Shown: positions 49,469 through 59,796 of the stretch, in pieces
How the letters are laid out: each line of letters begins with the position of its first letter
Numbering within the stretch: the first letter of the stretch is position 1
Assembly (NCBI GenBank): GCA_958295485.1
Contig: OY282354.1
Coordinates: forward strand, 2,679,944 to 2,743,943
Reading direction: 5' to 3'
DNA length: 64,000 nucleotides
DNA from: an uncultured Gammaproteobacteria bacterium
GTDB taxonomy: Bacteria > Pseudomonadota > Gammaproteobacteria > Eutrophobiales > Eutrophobiaceae
Made by a program: the position numbers and the translations under genes
The notes under the pieces: model-generated
What the model was told of the DNA's origin: nothing
Databases searched by the model: none
What the model saw: the letters and a program-made list of their open reading frames with translations, nothing else

Positions 49469-49975
49469 GCATACGCATATTTTCCCGGAAAATGGGAAAT
49501 CCGGGGGAAATGGAGGCTATCGTGCCGTCAACCGAGAGAATTTGCGGGCTGTTTTTCCGTTCCGCGCAAAGTCTCTCCAAAACAGCCCCCAAATCCTCTC
49601 TCGCCCCGGTCGGTTCTACAAGCATGAGCTTGCCCTGGCATACGCATATTTTTCCGGAAAATGGAAAATTCGGGAGAAACGGAGACTATCGTGCCGCCAA
49701 CCGGGAGGATTTGGGGGCTGTTTTTCCGTTCCGCGCAAAGTCTCTCCAAAACAGCCCCCAAATCCTCCCTCAGCCCGGTCGGTTCTACAAGCATGAGCTT
49801 GCCCTGGCATACGCATATTTTTTCGGAAAGCGGGAAATCCGGGGGAAACGGAGACTATCGTGCCGTCAACCGGGAGGATTTGCGGGCTGTTTTTCCGTTC
49901 CGCGCAAAGTCTCTCCAAAACAGCCCCCAAATCCTCCCTCAGCCCGGTCGGTTTTACAAGCAGGGGCTTCCCCCT
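49469..49975. repeat. Three tandem 169-bp units, each with a long hairpin
   Basis: Units start at 49469, 49638 and 49807 with GCATACGCATATTTT; inverted repeat GGGAGGATTTGGGGGCTGTTTT / AAAACAGCCCCCAAATCCTCCC. Confidence 0.95.
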
Positions 49976-50011
49976 CATCAGGGGTTCCTGATTAAAGATT
50001 ATAGCTGAACT

Positions 50012-51388
50012 ATGACCCTGCCTGGCAACAATGCCGGAACAGTAAAACTACAGGATATTATCCGACCGCCGGCGGTGTCCGGTTTTTTCTACCCGGACGA
50101 GCCCTCTGAATTGAAACAAACGGTGTCTGCTTATCTGCGGGATACGGAACCCGAAGTCTCTCCGCCAAAGGCGCTGATTGTCCCCCATGCCGGTTACATC
50201 TATTCCGGCCCCATTGCCGCCAGGGCCTACGCCAGCCTGAAACCCGTCAGAAACCGTATTTCCCGCGTCGTCCTGCTCGGGCCGGCGCATCGAGTCCGCC
50301 TTCAGGGCATAGCCTTGTCAAGCGCTGCTTCATTTGCAACGCCCCTGGGCAACATTGAAATCGATAAACCCGCCGTGGAAAAAATCGGGCAATTAAACCA
50401 GGTCGCGATAATGGATGCGGCGCACGAAAAAGAACACAGCCTGGAAGTGCACCTGCCTTTTCTGCAGGTGAGTTTGGCCGCGTTCACCCTTGTACCTTTG
50501 GTTGTAGGCAATGCGACGCCTGGTCAAGTGGCGGAAGTACTGGAGTTACTCTGGGGAGGGGATGAAACCCTGATCGTTATCAGCTCTGATCTCAGCCATT
50601 ATCACGACTATGATACGGCGAGACAAACTGATTCTCGCACCAGCGCCGCTATTCAACGGTGTGAACTCGAAAAAATCGGCCCTCACCAGGCCTGCGGTTG
50701 CATGCCCATGCGCGGATTGTTGCAAATAGCAAAAAGAAGCCGGATGGAAATAAATATATTGGACGTGAGAAACTCTGGGGATACGGCCGGGACAAAAGAC
50801 CGGGTCGTGGGTTACGGCGCCTATTCATTCCACGACAGGAGCGCGTACCCGGCGCGGCAAAAACAATTAATGACGGCGATGGCGAGACAATCCATCGAAA
50901 GCGGATTGAAGTCAGGCCAGCCCCTCGCGGTTGACAAGGATGATTTCGACCCCGCATTGCAGGAACCCATGGCCACGTTTGTCACCTTGAAAATTAATGG
51001 CCGACTAAGAGGCTGCATAGGCACGCTCCGCGCCGTATCGCCTCTTATAGAGAGCGTGGCGGATAATGCCCGCAAGGCGGCATTCAACGACCCCCGATTC
51101 AGTCCGCTGACTGCTGATGAATATGAAAAAGCGTCCCTGACCATTTCCATCCTGTCACCCCCTGCGGCTATTCGATTTGAATCCGAGCAGGATCTGCTGG
51201 AACAACTGAGGCCGGGGGTTGACGGCTTGATTATAGAAAAAGGGTCCCATAAAGCGACGTTTCTCCCGGCCGTCTGGGAAACCTTGCCAACGGCAAGGGC
51301 ATTCCTGGAACAACTGAAATTAAAAGCGGGAATGGCCGCCTCGGACATGCCGGCAAAAGCATGGCATTACACTACGGAGTCGTTTTGA
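50012..51388 (+). CDS. amrB: Fused AmrB (MEMO1) - AmrA (AMMECR1) protein
   Basis: RPPAVSG.FYP, PHAGY.YSG, EHSLEV.LPF, SSDLSHY, VVGY; then ATFVTL....LRGCIG, DPRF.P, ATFLP.VW. Confidence 0.92.
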   Translation: MTLPGNNAGTVKLQDIIRPPAVSGFFYPDEPSELKQTVSAYLRDTEPEVSPPKALIVPHAGYIYSGPIAARAYASLKPVRNRISRVVLLGPAHRVRLQGIALSSAASFATPLGNIEIDKPAVEKIGQLNQVAIMDAAHEKEHSLEVHLPFLQVSLAAFTLVPLVVGNATPGQVAEVLELLWGGDETLIVISSDLSHYHDYDTARQTDSRTSAAIQRCELEKIGPHQACGCMPMRGLLQIAKRSRMEINILDVRNSGDTAGTKDRVVGYGAYSFHDRSAYPARQKQLMTAMARQSIESGLKSGQPLAVDKDDFDPALQEPMATFVTLKINGRLRGCIGTLRAVSPLIESVADNARKAAFNDPRFSPLTADEYEKASLTISILSPPAAIRFESEQDLLEQLRPGVDGLIIEKGSHKATFLPAVWETLPTARAFLEQLKLKAGMAASDMPAKAWHYTTESF

Positions 51389-51406
51389 TCCTTCACTCCG
51401 CCCCTG

Positions 51407-52069
51407 TTACCTGTTGCTTGTTGCCTGTCTCGCTCGCCTTATCAGTTCGGCATTGGCCTTTTGCAATTCCGGGCGCCTGCCCGATAAAGAATGCGATTTT
51501 TCCGCCAGGGCAACGGCCTGCTGCCATTGGTGATTCTTGAACCGCAAAACCGCCAGACGATACCATAAATAGGGATTTTTCGGTTCCAGTCTTATGGCGC
51601 GTTCGATGGCGTTAACGGCATCCTCATCGCTGCCTTGCCTCGTCTCAAAGTCTGCCTCGTTCAGCAAAGCAATAACGGCTGGATTTCCACTGATTTCAGA
51701 AGGGCTTTTAACGATTCTCTGCCGCTCTTCCCTGGCTGCCGTCCCAGGCGGTTTTACGGCGACGCCCTTAGTTATGGCGGGCGCCGGCTCGCGCCGGAAC
51801 GACGGGGGAACGGTCCCGGCTGGTTTTGCGGCGGTGTCTTTACTCGCGGCGGGCGCCGGCTCGCGCCGAAACGACGGGGGAGCGGTCCTGGCTGGTTTTG
51901 CGGCGGCGTCTTTACTTATGGCCGTCTTCGATCTCTCTACGACGGGCGCCTCCGCCCGTTGCGCCTGGTGTACAGTTGAACAAGCGCTGCAAAATAACAG
52001 GTTGACGATCAATAATCGCGTTGATTTCAATTTACCCACCCTGACCTTGTTTACAATCAATGAACGCAT
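51407..52069 (-). CDS. TPR lipoprotein downstream of mrcB (LpoP-like) with a Pro/Ala linker repeat
   Basis: CSAC lipobox-like motif, ERAIRLEPKNP.LWYRLA TPR; position after PBP1B. Confidence 0.7.
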   Translation of the reverse strand: MRSLIVNKVRVGKLKSTRLLIVNLLFCSACSTVHQAQRAEAPVVERSKTAISKDAAAKPARTAPPSFRREPAPAASKDTAAKPAGTVPPSFRREPAPAITKGVAVKPPGTAAREERQRIVKSPSEISGNPAVIALLNEADFETRQGSDEDAVNAIERAIRLEPKNPYLWYRLAVLRFKNHQWQQAVALAEKSHSLSGRRPELQKANAELIRRARQATSNR

Positions 52070-54300
52070 GTATCAATGCTTTCGGGTCTGGAACCGAGCA
52101 AGTAAGGGATGGAAGAAAACGTTATGCACGATTGACCAAAGGGCAAATTCACATTGTCCAACAAACCTGTGCCGGGAGGCGGCGACAGTTCGATTCTTTT
52201 CATATTTTGTCGTTTGACTATATTTCCCCATATTTTCATGGCGCCGGACGCCCCCGTGTACAGGGTCGATTGATTATCATCGCGTCCAAGCCAGACAACA
52301 CCCATAACGTCATCGCCAAACCCGACAAACCAGCTATCACGCAGGTCATTGGTAGTGCCTGTTTTACCGGCCAGCGGAAGTTTGTCCGGGATGATATTAT
52401 ACAGACTACGGCCTGTACCATGATTTATCGTTTGCACCAACATGAAATTGGTCAGGAATACGGCCTCTGTTTGCAAGGCTTGGCGCACGTCCAGACTGTA
52501 GCGTTTCAATGCTCGTCCTTTTTCATCCAATACCTCCCTGATGCTGTTAACGGGCACGAAAAAGCCACCGTTCGCCAGGGTCTGATACATCTGGCTGACT
52601 TGAAGCGGGGTTAATTCAAACGCGCCTAACAACAGGGATGGAAATGGCTCCAGGTTACTTATACCCCCGGTTTTTTCGATTGAATCAATGACTTTTTTCA
52701 AGCCGACCTCCCGGCCCAAATTTACGGTTGCCTTGTTGTATGATTTGGCCAGGGCTTCCATGAGACTCACCCGCCCATGATTTTTTCTATCATAATTCTT
52801 TGGCTGCCAATAGGCTCCATCAGCCAGCCTTATCGATATATCAGCATCATTCACCTTTGATACGAGCGAATATTGTTGTGGATTTGTCAGCGCCGAATAA
52901 TAAATAAACGGCTTGACCAGCGACCCTATGGAACGCCTGGCGTGCATTGCCCGGTTAAAACCGACGTCATCCGCGTTCCTGCCCCCGGTCAAAGACAACA
53001 CTGCGCCAGTACTGCTTTGCACAAAAATGCTCGCCGCCTGCAAAGTTCCCGGCTTCAGGGATTTTGCCCGTTCAAGTTTTTTCAGTTGATCAAGCGTTGT
53101 CAGCTCAGCCACGTCCTGTCTGTCTGTCTCCAACGTGGTAAATATCCTCAAGCCTTTGGTGCGTAAGTCTTCAATATCATATTCACGCAACAGTTGATTT
53201 TTAACGAATTGTAAAAACGCGGGGTATTTGCTGAAGCTCCAGCGGGGTTTGGCGCTCAAATCCAGGGGTAGTGACTGTGCTTTTACCCGCGTCGCTTCAT
53301 CCAGGTAACCCACCTGGAACATCAGGTCCAGCGCTAAATCACGCCTTTGCTTTGCCCTTGCCGGGTGTCGCCTGGGATTATAAAACGATGCGCCCTTGAC
53401 CATGCCAACCAACAAGGCGATTTGATCCAGGCGCAATTCGTTCAGGGGTTTGGCGAAATAGAATTCCGCCGCCGTGCCAAAGCCGTGAATACTGCGCTTT
53501 CCCTGCTGGCCCAGGTAAACCTCATTGATATAGGCGGTAAGGATTTCCTCCTTGCCATACCGCCGCTCCATGAGCAATGCCATGATCATTTCATTGGCTT
53601 TCCTGGTCAAGGTCCGCTCCCGGCTCAGGAAAAAGTTCTTGACCAGTTGCTGGGTGATAGTGCTGCCGCCCTGCGTGACCCGACCGCTTGAAATATTGCT
53701 GTAGAGCGCTCTCAGAATGCCCCTGAAATCAATGCCCGCGTGATGAAAATAATTTCTATCCTCCACGGCCAGCAACGCGCCGATCAAAGAAGAGGGTATG
53801 TCAGCCTGGGCAACCAGCACGCGATCCTGAAAATTATCAGGATAAATCCTGCCGATAAGCGTCGGTTCCAGGCGCGCCAGCGGCATGGTTCGCTGCAAGT
53901 TCAAATCCAGAATCTGGCTGATCTTCTGATTATGGAACCTGACCTGTATGAGTTGACCGTCTTGCCTGCCATCCCAGAAATGAAATTCACGCTGCATGAA
54001 CCTGACCTGAGAAGGCGCCCGCTGATAGGTACCCGGACGATTGACGACGGATACCTTCTTATAGCCCAGGTCCAAAAGCAGTTTTTCGATTTTGCCGGGA
54101 GTTAACGCCTGGCCGATATATATCTCCACCGGACTTGCGTAAACACGGGCGGGCAAAGGCCATCTCTTGCCTTTAAACTCCGATTGGATGCGAAAATCCA
54201 ACCAGGCGATGTGCCCCAAGGTTATGCAAACCAGGATGACTGTGATATGGACATACCAGGGAATATGAACCCTGAACCTGGAACGACGTTTAGCCCCCAT
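52057..54300 (-). CDS. mrcB: Penicillin-binding protein 1B
   Basis: EDR.Y..H.G, QGGSTITQQLVKN, S.VK, S.N, KTGT. Confidence 0.93.
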   Translation of the reverse strand: MGAKRRSRFRVHIPWYVHITVILVCITLGHIAWLDFRIQSEFKGKRWPLPARVYASPVEIYIGQALTPGKIEKLLLDLGYKKVSVVNRPGTYQRAPSQVRFMQREFHFWDGRQDGQLIQVRFHNQKISQILDLNLQRTMPLARLEPTLIGRIYPDNFQDRVLVAQADIPSSLIGALLAVEDRNYFHHAGIDFRGILRALYSNISSGRVTQGGSTITQQLVKNFFLSRERTLTRKANEMIMALLMERRYGKEEILTAYINEVYLGQQGKRSIHGFGTAAEFYFAKPLNELRLDQIALLVGMVKGASFYNPRRHPARAKQRRDLALDLMFQVGYLDEATRVKAQSLPLDLSAKPRWSFSKYPAFLQFVKNQLLREYDIEDLRTKGLRIFTTLETDRQDVAELTTLDQLKKLERAKSLKPGTLQAASIFVQSSTGAVLSLTGGRNADDVGFNRAMHARRSIGSLVKPFIYYSALTNPQQYSLVSKVNDADISIRLADGAYWQPKNYDRKNHGRVSLMEALAKSYNKATVNLGREVGLKKVIDSIEKTGGISNLEPFPSLLLGAFELTPLQVSQMYQTLANGGFFVPVNSIREVLDEKGRALKRYSLDVRQALQTEAVFLTNFMLVQTINHGTGRSLYNIIPDKLPLAGKTGTTNDLRDSWFVGFGDDVMGVVWLGRDDNQSTLYTGASGAMKIWGNIVKRQNMKRIELSPPPGTGLLDNVNLPFGQSCITFSSIPYLLGSRPESIDTCVH

Positions 54301-54303
54301 ATA

Positions 54304-55029
<726 letters not shown>

Positions 55030-55079
55030 TCAATAAAACAACGAAGGAAACCCTGATTTATTCAGGGCTTCCCGAAACT

Positions 55080-55457
55080 ATGAAAATTGAACTCGACAAT
55101 TCATACCAGGACCGGCCCAAGATTGCCGCATATTCGAATAACTCGATTACCGTTGCAAACACAGCCTATAGTTCAAACATCATAGTCACTACAGGGACGG
55201 TCATCGAAGGTTGCCTGCCGAATAATGTACAAAATATGGCGGAGTCTCACATCGAGACCATTATCGGGTTCAACCCGGAAGTTGTTTTGTTCGGAACCGG
55301 AAAAATAATCACCTTCCCCCCGGATGAAATCTGTCACACACTCTATGTCCGGCAAATCGGCTTTGAAGTCATGGATACAGGCGCAGCCTGTCGCTCCTTC
55401 AACTTTTTGTCAGGGGAAGGCCGGCAAGTCGTTTCCGCGCTCTTCATAATGGGGTAG
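55080..55457 (+). CDS. Mth938-like (DUF498) protein
   Basis: PEVVLFGTG, EVMDTGAACRSFN.L..EGR.V. Confidence 0.88.
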   Translation: MKIELDNSYQDRPKIAAYSNNSITVANTAYSSNIIVTTGTVIEGCLPNNVQNMAESHIETIIGFNPEVVLFGTGKIITFPPDEICHTLYVRQIGFEVMDTGAACRSFNFLSGEGRQVVSALFIMG

Positions 55458-55508
55458 TCCACATTTTTCACCAGGGGACGCGCCTTTGCCGGCGAGGACC
55501 AACCCCCA

Positions 55509-56528
55509 TTAATTTTCGCTGAATAAGGCATCCAGGGAGAACCCCTCTCTTTTCAGGATTTGCCGGAGACGTTTTATCGCTTCTATCTGAATCTGCCTGA
55601 CCCGCTCTCTCGTCACGCCTAATTCCAGCCCGACCTCTTCCAATGTCGCCGCTTCTCTACCGTGCAGGCCAAATCGGCGCTCCACTACAGCGCACTGTTT
55701 CTCCGTCAGTTGATGCAGCCATTGATCAATGTGTTTTTTTACATCACTATTCTGGAGCAATAATGAGGGATCAGTATTGTGTTCGTCTGGAATGGTATCA
55801 AGCAGTGAACGCTCCGATTCCCGTCCTGACGGAGTATATGGAGTATCAACGGAAGTCACCCTTTCATTTAATCCAAACATGCGTTTTACTCCTTCCAGTG
55901 GTCGGTCCAGCATTTCCGCTATATCTTCGGGGCTCGGTTCACGGTCAAGGGTTTGAGCCAATTTTCGGGCTGCGCGAAGATAAATATTGATCTCCTTGAT
56001 AACATGGATGGGCAACCTGACCGTCCTGGTCTGGTTCATCAAGGCCCGTTCTATCGTTTGCCTTATCCACCAAGTGGCATAGGTTGAAAACCGGAAGCCC
56101 TTATCAGGATCAAACTTCTCTACGGCCCGGATCAAACCCAAATTACCCTCTTCAATCAGATCCAATAACGCCAAACCCCGATTCATGTAATGACGCGCTA
56201 TTTTCACCACCAGTCGCAAATTACTTTCAATCATGCGCGCTCGCGCCGCAGCATCGCCGAGACGGGCCTTACGGGCAAAAAATATCTCTTCTTCGGCGGT
56301 TAATAACGGAGAAAATCCAATTTCATTCAAATATAAGCGGGTGGCGTCAAGATCACCCTCGGTAATGGGGGCCAGCTGATCTTCTTCTGCGCCCCCCTTG
56401 GCGGAAGCTGAATTATCCTGTTTCGAATCGGCGCTATCAAGAATGGATGAATTACCCAGTTCAAGGGCTTCAATCTCATTATTTTCTGACGCTTTCGGTT
56501 CCGCTCCCGCTTTTTTTGAACCTGTCAT
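55509..56528 (-). CDS. rpoS: RNA polymerase sigma factor RpoS
   Basis: [25 protein letters not shown]; downstream of nlpD. Confidence 0.95.
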   Translation of the reverse strand: MTGSKKAGAEPKASENNEIEALELGNSSILDSADSKQDNSASAKGGAEEDQLAPITEGDLDATRLYLNEIGFSPLLTAEEEIFFARKARLGDAAARARMIESNLRLVVKIARHYMNRGLALLDLIEEGNLGLIRAVEKFDPDKGFRFSTYATWWIRQTIERALMNQTRTVRLPIHVIKEINIYLRAARKLAQTLDREPSPEDIAEMLDRPLEGVKRMFGLNERVTSVDTPYTPSGRESERSLLDTIPDEHNTDPSLLLQNSDVKKHIDQWLHQLTEKQCAVVERRFGLHGREAATLEEVGLELGVTRERVRQIQIEAIKRLRQILKREGFSLDALFSEN

Positions 56529-56550
56529 GGCAGTAAAGCAGTCATTAAAC

Positions 56551-57375
56551 TCAACTTCGCGGCAGCTGATGCAACGGGTCTATCGGTTTTCCATTTTTAC
56601 GAATTTCAAAATGTAAAACAGGGATGCCTTTGCTGTCTGAACCCATGGTCGATATTTGTTGTCCGGCTTTTACTTTATCACCTTCTGCCACGATCAATTT
56701 TTGATTGTGCGCATAGGCGCTCAGGTAAGTATCATTATGCTTGATGATGATAAGCTTACCATAACCCAGCAACCCACTGCCGCTGTAAACTACTTCACCG
56801 GTTGCGGCGGCAACGACTCTCTGACCTGTTTTTCCAGAAATATCAATCCCTTTTTTTGCAGTCGGGGAATTGGATTTCAACAGCTTTCCCCGGGTCGGCC
56901 ATTGCCAACGGACAGCTCCGCTTTTACTGGTGGGTTTATATGTCCCACTCGATTTTTGAGTATTTTCAGCGGGTGGTTTTGCCACGATCTTTTTACGCTT
57001 GGGCGTCCTTTTATTAATGACGGGACCGGGTTGCAATGAACTTCGCCCCTGTTTTGCCCCCTGTTTTGCCGGTTTAAGGCGAATAAGCTGACCGGGGTAA
57101 ATGACATAAGGGGAATTAATCACGTTCCAGGAAGCAAGAGTCTTGGGATCATGTCCATAACGCCAGGCAATGGAATACAAGGTATCGCCTTTATCAACGA
57201 TATGAAATGTTCGTACTTCCTTCTTTTCTACGATAGCGGAAGAAGTTACCGTGGCGTCAGCCGGTTTGTTGCCATGACGGCCCGAAACAGGCGCCTTGAC
57301 TGCCGTGGTACAGGCTTGAATGATACTCACCAGGAAAAATATCAGACAAACGCCTAGAAATTTCTGTTTCCCCAT
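56551..57375 (-). CDS. nlpD: LysM/M23 lipoprotein NlpD
   Basis: IQAC lipobox, [23 protein letters not shown]. Confidence 0.9.
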   Translation of the reverse strand: MGKQKFLGVCLIFFLVSIIQACTTAVKAPVSGRHGNKPADATVTSSAIVEKKEVRTFHIVDKGDTLYSIAWRYGHDPKTLASWNVINSPYVIYPGQLIRLKPAKQGAKQGRSSLQPGPVINKRTPKRKKIVAKPPAENTQKSSGTYKPTSKSGAVRWQWPTRGKLLKSNSPTAKKGIDISGKTGQRVVAAATGEVVYSGSGLLGYGKLIIIKHNDTYLSAYAHNQKLIVAEGDKVKAGQQISTMGSDSKGIPVLHFEIRKNGKPIDPLHQLPRS

Positions 57376-57385
57376 AACACTCCCG

Positions 57386-58045
57386 TCAACCCATACCTCC
57401 AAGCATAGGCACAAAACTGACCCAATCCAATCGTTTTTTAGTAAACCCCTCATCAGTTCGGGCTATCGACAGCAATTCCTGTTCGCCACTGCGACCGATG
57501 GGAATAATCAAACGACCGTTGGGAGCTAACTGCTCCAATAATACCTCCGGGACTGTGATCGGCGCGGCAGATACCAGGATCCCATTGTAAAGCGCATTCT
57601 CCGGCCAACCTGAATTACCATCGCCGTATTTCACTTTGATATTTCGATATTTCAGCGCATAAAAACGCTGCCTGGCCTTGGTCAATAAGGCCTCGACCCG
57701 CTCGATGCTGTAAACCTGGCGGGCAAACTGCGCGAGAATGGCTGTTTGATAGCCACAACCCGTACCGATTTCCAGCACTTTGTCCAGGTCTTCAATCTCC
57801 AATAATGCCTCGGTCATGCGCGCGACAATATAGGGTTGCGAGATGGTTTGATTATGCCCGATAGGCAAGGCGGTATTGTCATAAGCGCGGCTTGCCAACG
57901 CCTCATCGACAAAAATATGCCTGGGCGTGTTTTTGATAGCGGCCAGGACTCGTTCCGACTGGACTCCCATTTCCCTTAATTGCCCTACCAGCCTGTCCCT
58001 GGAACGCTGGGAGGTCATGCCAATGCCCTGAAACCGACTGGTCAT
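57386..58045 (-). CDS. pcm: Protein-L-isoaspartate O-methyltransferase
   Basis: PRH.FV, QTISQPY, LEIGTGCGY. Confidence 0.95.
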   Translation of the reverse strand: MTSRFQGIGMTSQRSRDRLVGQLREMGVQSERVLAAIKNTPRHIFVDEALASRAYDNTALPIGHNQTISQPYIVARMTEALLEIEDLDKVLEIGTGCGYQTAILAQFARQVYSIERVEALLTKARQRFYALKYRNIKVKYGDGNSGWPENALYNGILVSAAPITVPEVLLEQLAPNGRLIIPIGRSGEQELLSIARTDEGFTKKRLDWVSFVPMLGGMG

Positions 58046-58797
58046 ATGTCGATGTCCGTTACCCAACCGCTGATTCGCTCCCTGGCCGAAAACCGAGTCA
58101 GGTCCACCAGCAAGGGCGTGATGGAAATTTTTTTGCTCTTGTAAACCGCGTGAAAATCCGTGCCCCGACCGTCGTCTTTACCCGGGCCGGCGGGGCCGAT
58201 CCAGTACATGGTTCGACCCCTGGGGTCCTTCATCCTGATGGCTTGGCCGGATTTATGTCTATGGCCCAACCGGGTCACTTCAAAACCGTTCAATTGTTCA
58301 AACGGCACGTCCGGAATGTTGATATTCAACAACAAATCATGGTCAAGGGGGTCCACAAGCAGTTTCCCGATCAAATTTTCGACCACTCGCGCCGCGGTTT
58401 CATAATGGGTGGGATCCTCACCGGCCAAAGACAGCGCAATGGAAAGCCGGCCTAAAAATCGCCCCTCCATGGCCGCGGCCACGGTACCCGAATAAATGAC
58501 GTCATCACCCAGGTTCGCTCCATGGTTAATCCCACTGATCACCATATCCGGCATGTTATCCAGCAAACCGGTTATAGCCAGGTGAACACAGTCTGTCGGC
58601 GTACCGTTAACGTAAACAAACCCGTTGGCCGCTTCTCTTGCATAAAGCGGGGCATCCAGGGTCAGTGAATTACTGGCGCCACTTCGATTTCTGTCCGGCG
58701 CAACCACCGTGATCTCGCCAAAAACAGACATCTTCTGCGCCAGAATTTCTAAACCAACGGCCTCGTAGCCATCATCATTACTCAACAGGAAGTGCAT
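58042..58797 (-). CDS. surE: 5'/3'-nucleotidase SurE
   Basis: SNDDG, GTPTDCV, SGINHGANLG, YSGTVAAA.E. Confidence 0.96.
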   Translation of the reverse strand: MHFLLSNDDGYEAVGLEILAQKMSVFGEITVVAPDRNRSGASNSLTLDAPLYAREAANGFVYVNGTPTDCVHLAITGLLDNMPDMVISGINHGANLGDDVIYSGTVAAAMEGRFLGRLSIALSLAGEDPTHYETAARVVENLIGKLLVDPLDHDLLLNINIPDVPFEQLNGFEVTRLGHRHKSGQAIRMKDPRGRTMYWIGPAGPGKDDGRGTDFHAVYKSKKISITPLLVDLTRFSARERISGWVTDIDI

Positions 58798-58834
58798 TCG
58801 CTTACCTTTTCATATTGGCTACGGAGGACATAAA

Positions 58835-59767
58835 TCACCCGCTGGCGGGCAACCACGGCGGGTTGCCCCCACCCAGTAGAAATTCCAGCAAGGCCTTTTG
58901 TGAATGCAGGCGGTTGCCGGCCTCCTCCCAAACAACGCTTTGGCTGCCATCGATAACCTCGGCGCTCACCTCCTCGCCGCGATGAGCCGGCAGACAGTGC
59001 ATGAAAATCGCATCCGTCGCAGCCTGCGCCATAACCTCCGGGGTTACCTGGAACGGTTTGAACGACGCCAGTCTCTTTTCTCTTTCAGGTTCCTGGCCCA
59101 TGCTCATCCAGGTATCGGTTACCACCAGGTCGGCGTCTTCAGCAGCCCGCCCCGGTTCTTGAGTAACCGTAACGTTATCCCCGGCCGCATCGACGATCGC
59201 CGGGTCCGGCTGATACTCTCCGGGGCAGGCGATAATCAATTCGAAATCCAATATCCTTGCGGCGTTGATATAGGAATGACACATGTTGTTCCCGTCGCCG
59301 AACCAGGCAATCCTTTTCCCTTTAATATCGCCCCTGGCTTCATTAAAAGTCTGCAAGTCCGCCAACAACTGGCAGGGGTGGTAACTATCCGACAAGCCGT
59401 TGATCACGGGCACGGAAGAATTTTCTGCAAAACGGATGAGTTTCTCATGCTCGTAAATCCTTATCATGACACAATCAACCATGTTCGATAATACCCTGGC
59501 AGTATCTTCGACAGGCTCGCCGCGGCCTAATTGGGTGTCATTCGCCGACAGGAAAATAGCATGGCCGCCGAGGTGCGTCATGGCGGTCTCAAATGAAACG
59601 CGGGTACGGGTGGAGGATTTTTCAAATACCATCGCCAACACCCGGCCGGCACAGGTTCGTTGCAGGTTTTTTCGGTTGGCCTCTTTCTTCAAGTCGATGG
59701 CCCTGGCTATCAGGGCTTCAATTTCAGAACGATCCAGGTCCCTCAAGGTCAAGAAGTGGCGCGGCAT
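58835..59767 (-). CDS. argF: Ornithine carbamoyltransferase
   Basis: SSTRTRVSF, HPCQ, HCLP. Confidence 0.96.
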   Translation of the reverse strand: MPRHFLTLRDLDRSEIEALIARAIDLKKEANRKNLQRTCAGRVLAMVFEKSSTRTRVSFETAMTHLGGHAIFLSANDTQLGRGEPVEDTARVLSNMVDCVMIRIYEHEKLIRFAENSSVPVINGLSDSYHPCQLLADLQTFNEARGDIKGKRIAWFGDGNNMCHSYINAARILDFELIIACPGEYQPDPAIVDAAGDNVTVTQEPGRAAEDADLVVTDTWMSMGQEPEREKRLASFKPFQVTPEVMAQAATDAIFMHCLPAHRGEEVSAEVIDGSQSVVWEEAGNRLHSQKALLEFLLGGGNPPWLPASG

Positions 59768-59796
59768 ATTGTTTTTCCCACTTGCGGCGGCGTCTG

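Noticed and set aside
49469-49975. 169-bp array as a CRISPR or as coding sequence (several short ORFs on both strands)
   Set aside because: Units are similar along their whole length with no spacers, 169 is not a multiple of three, and the ORFs overlap in all frames without recognisable motifs.
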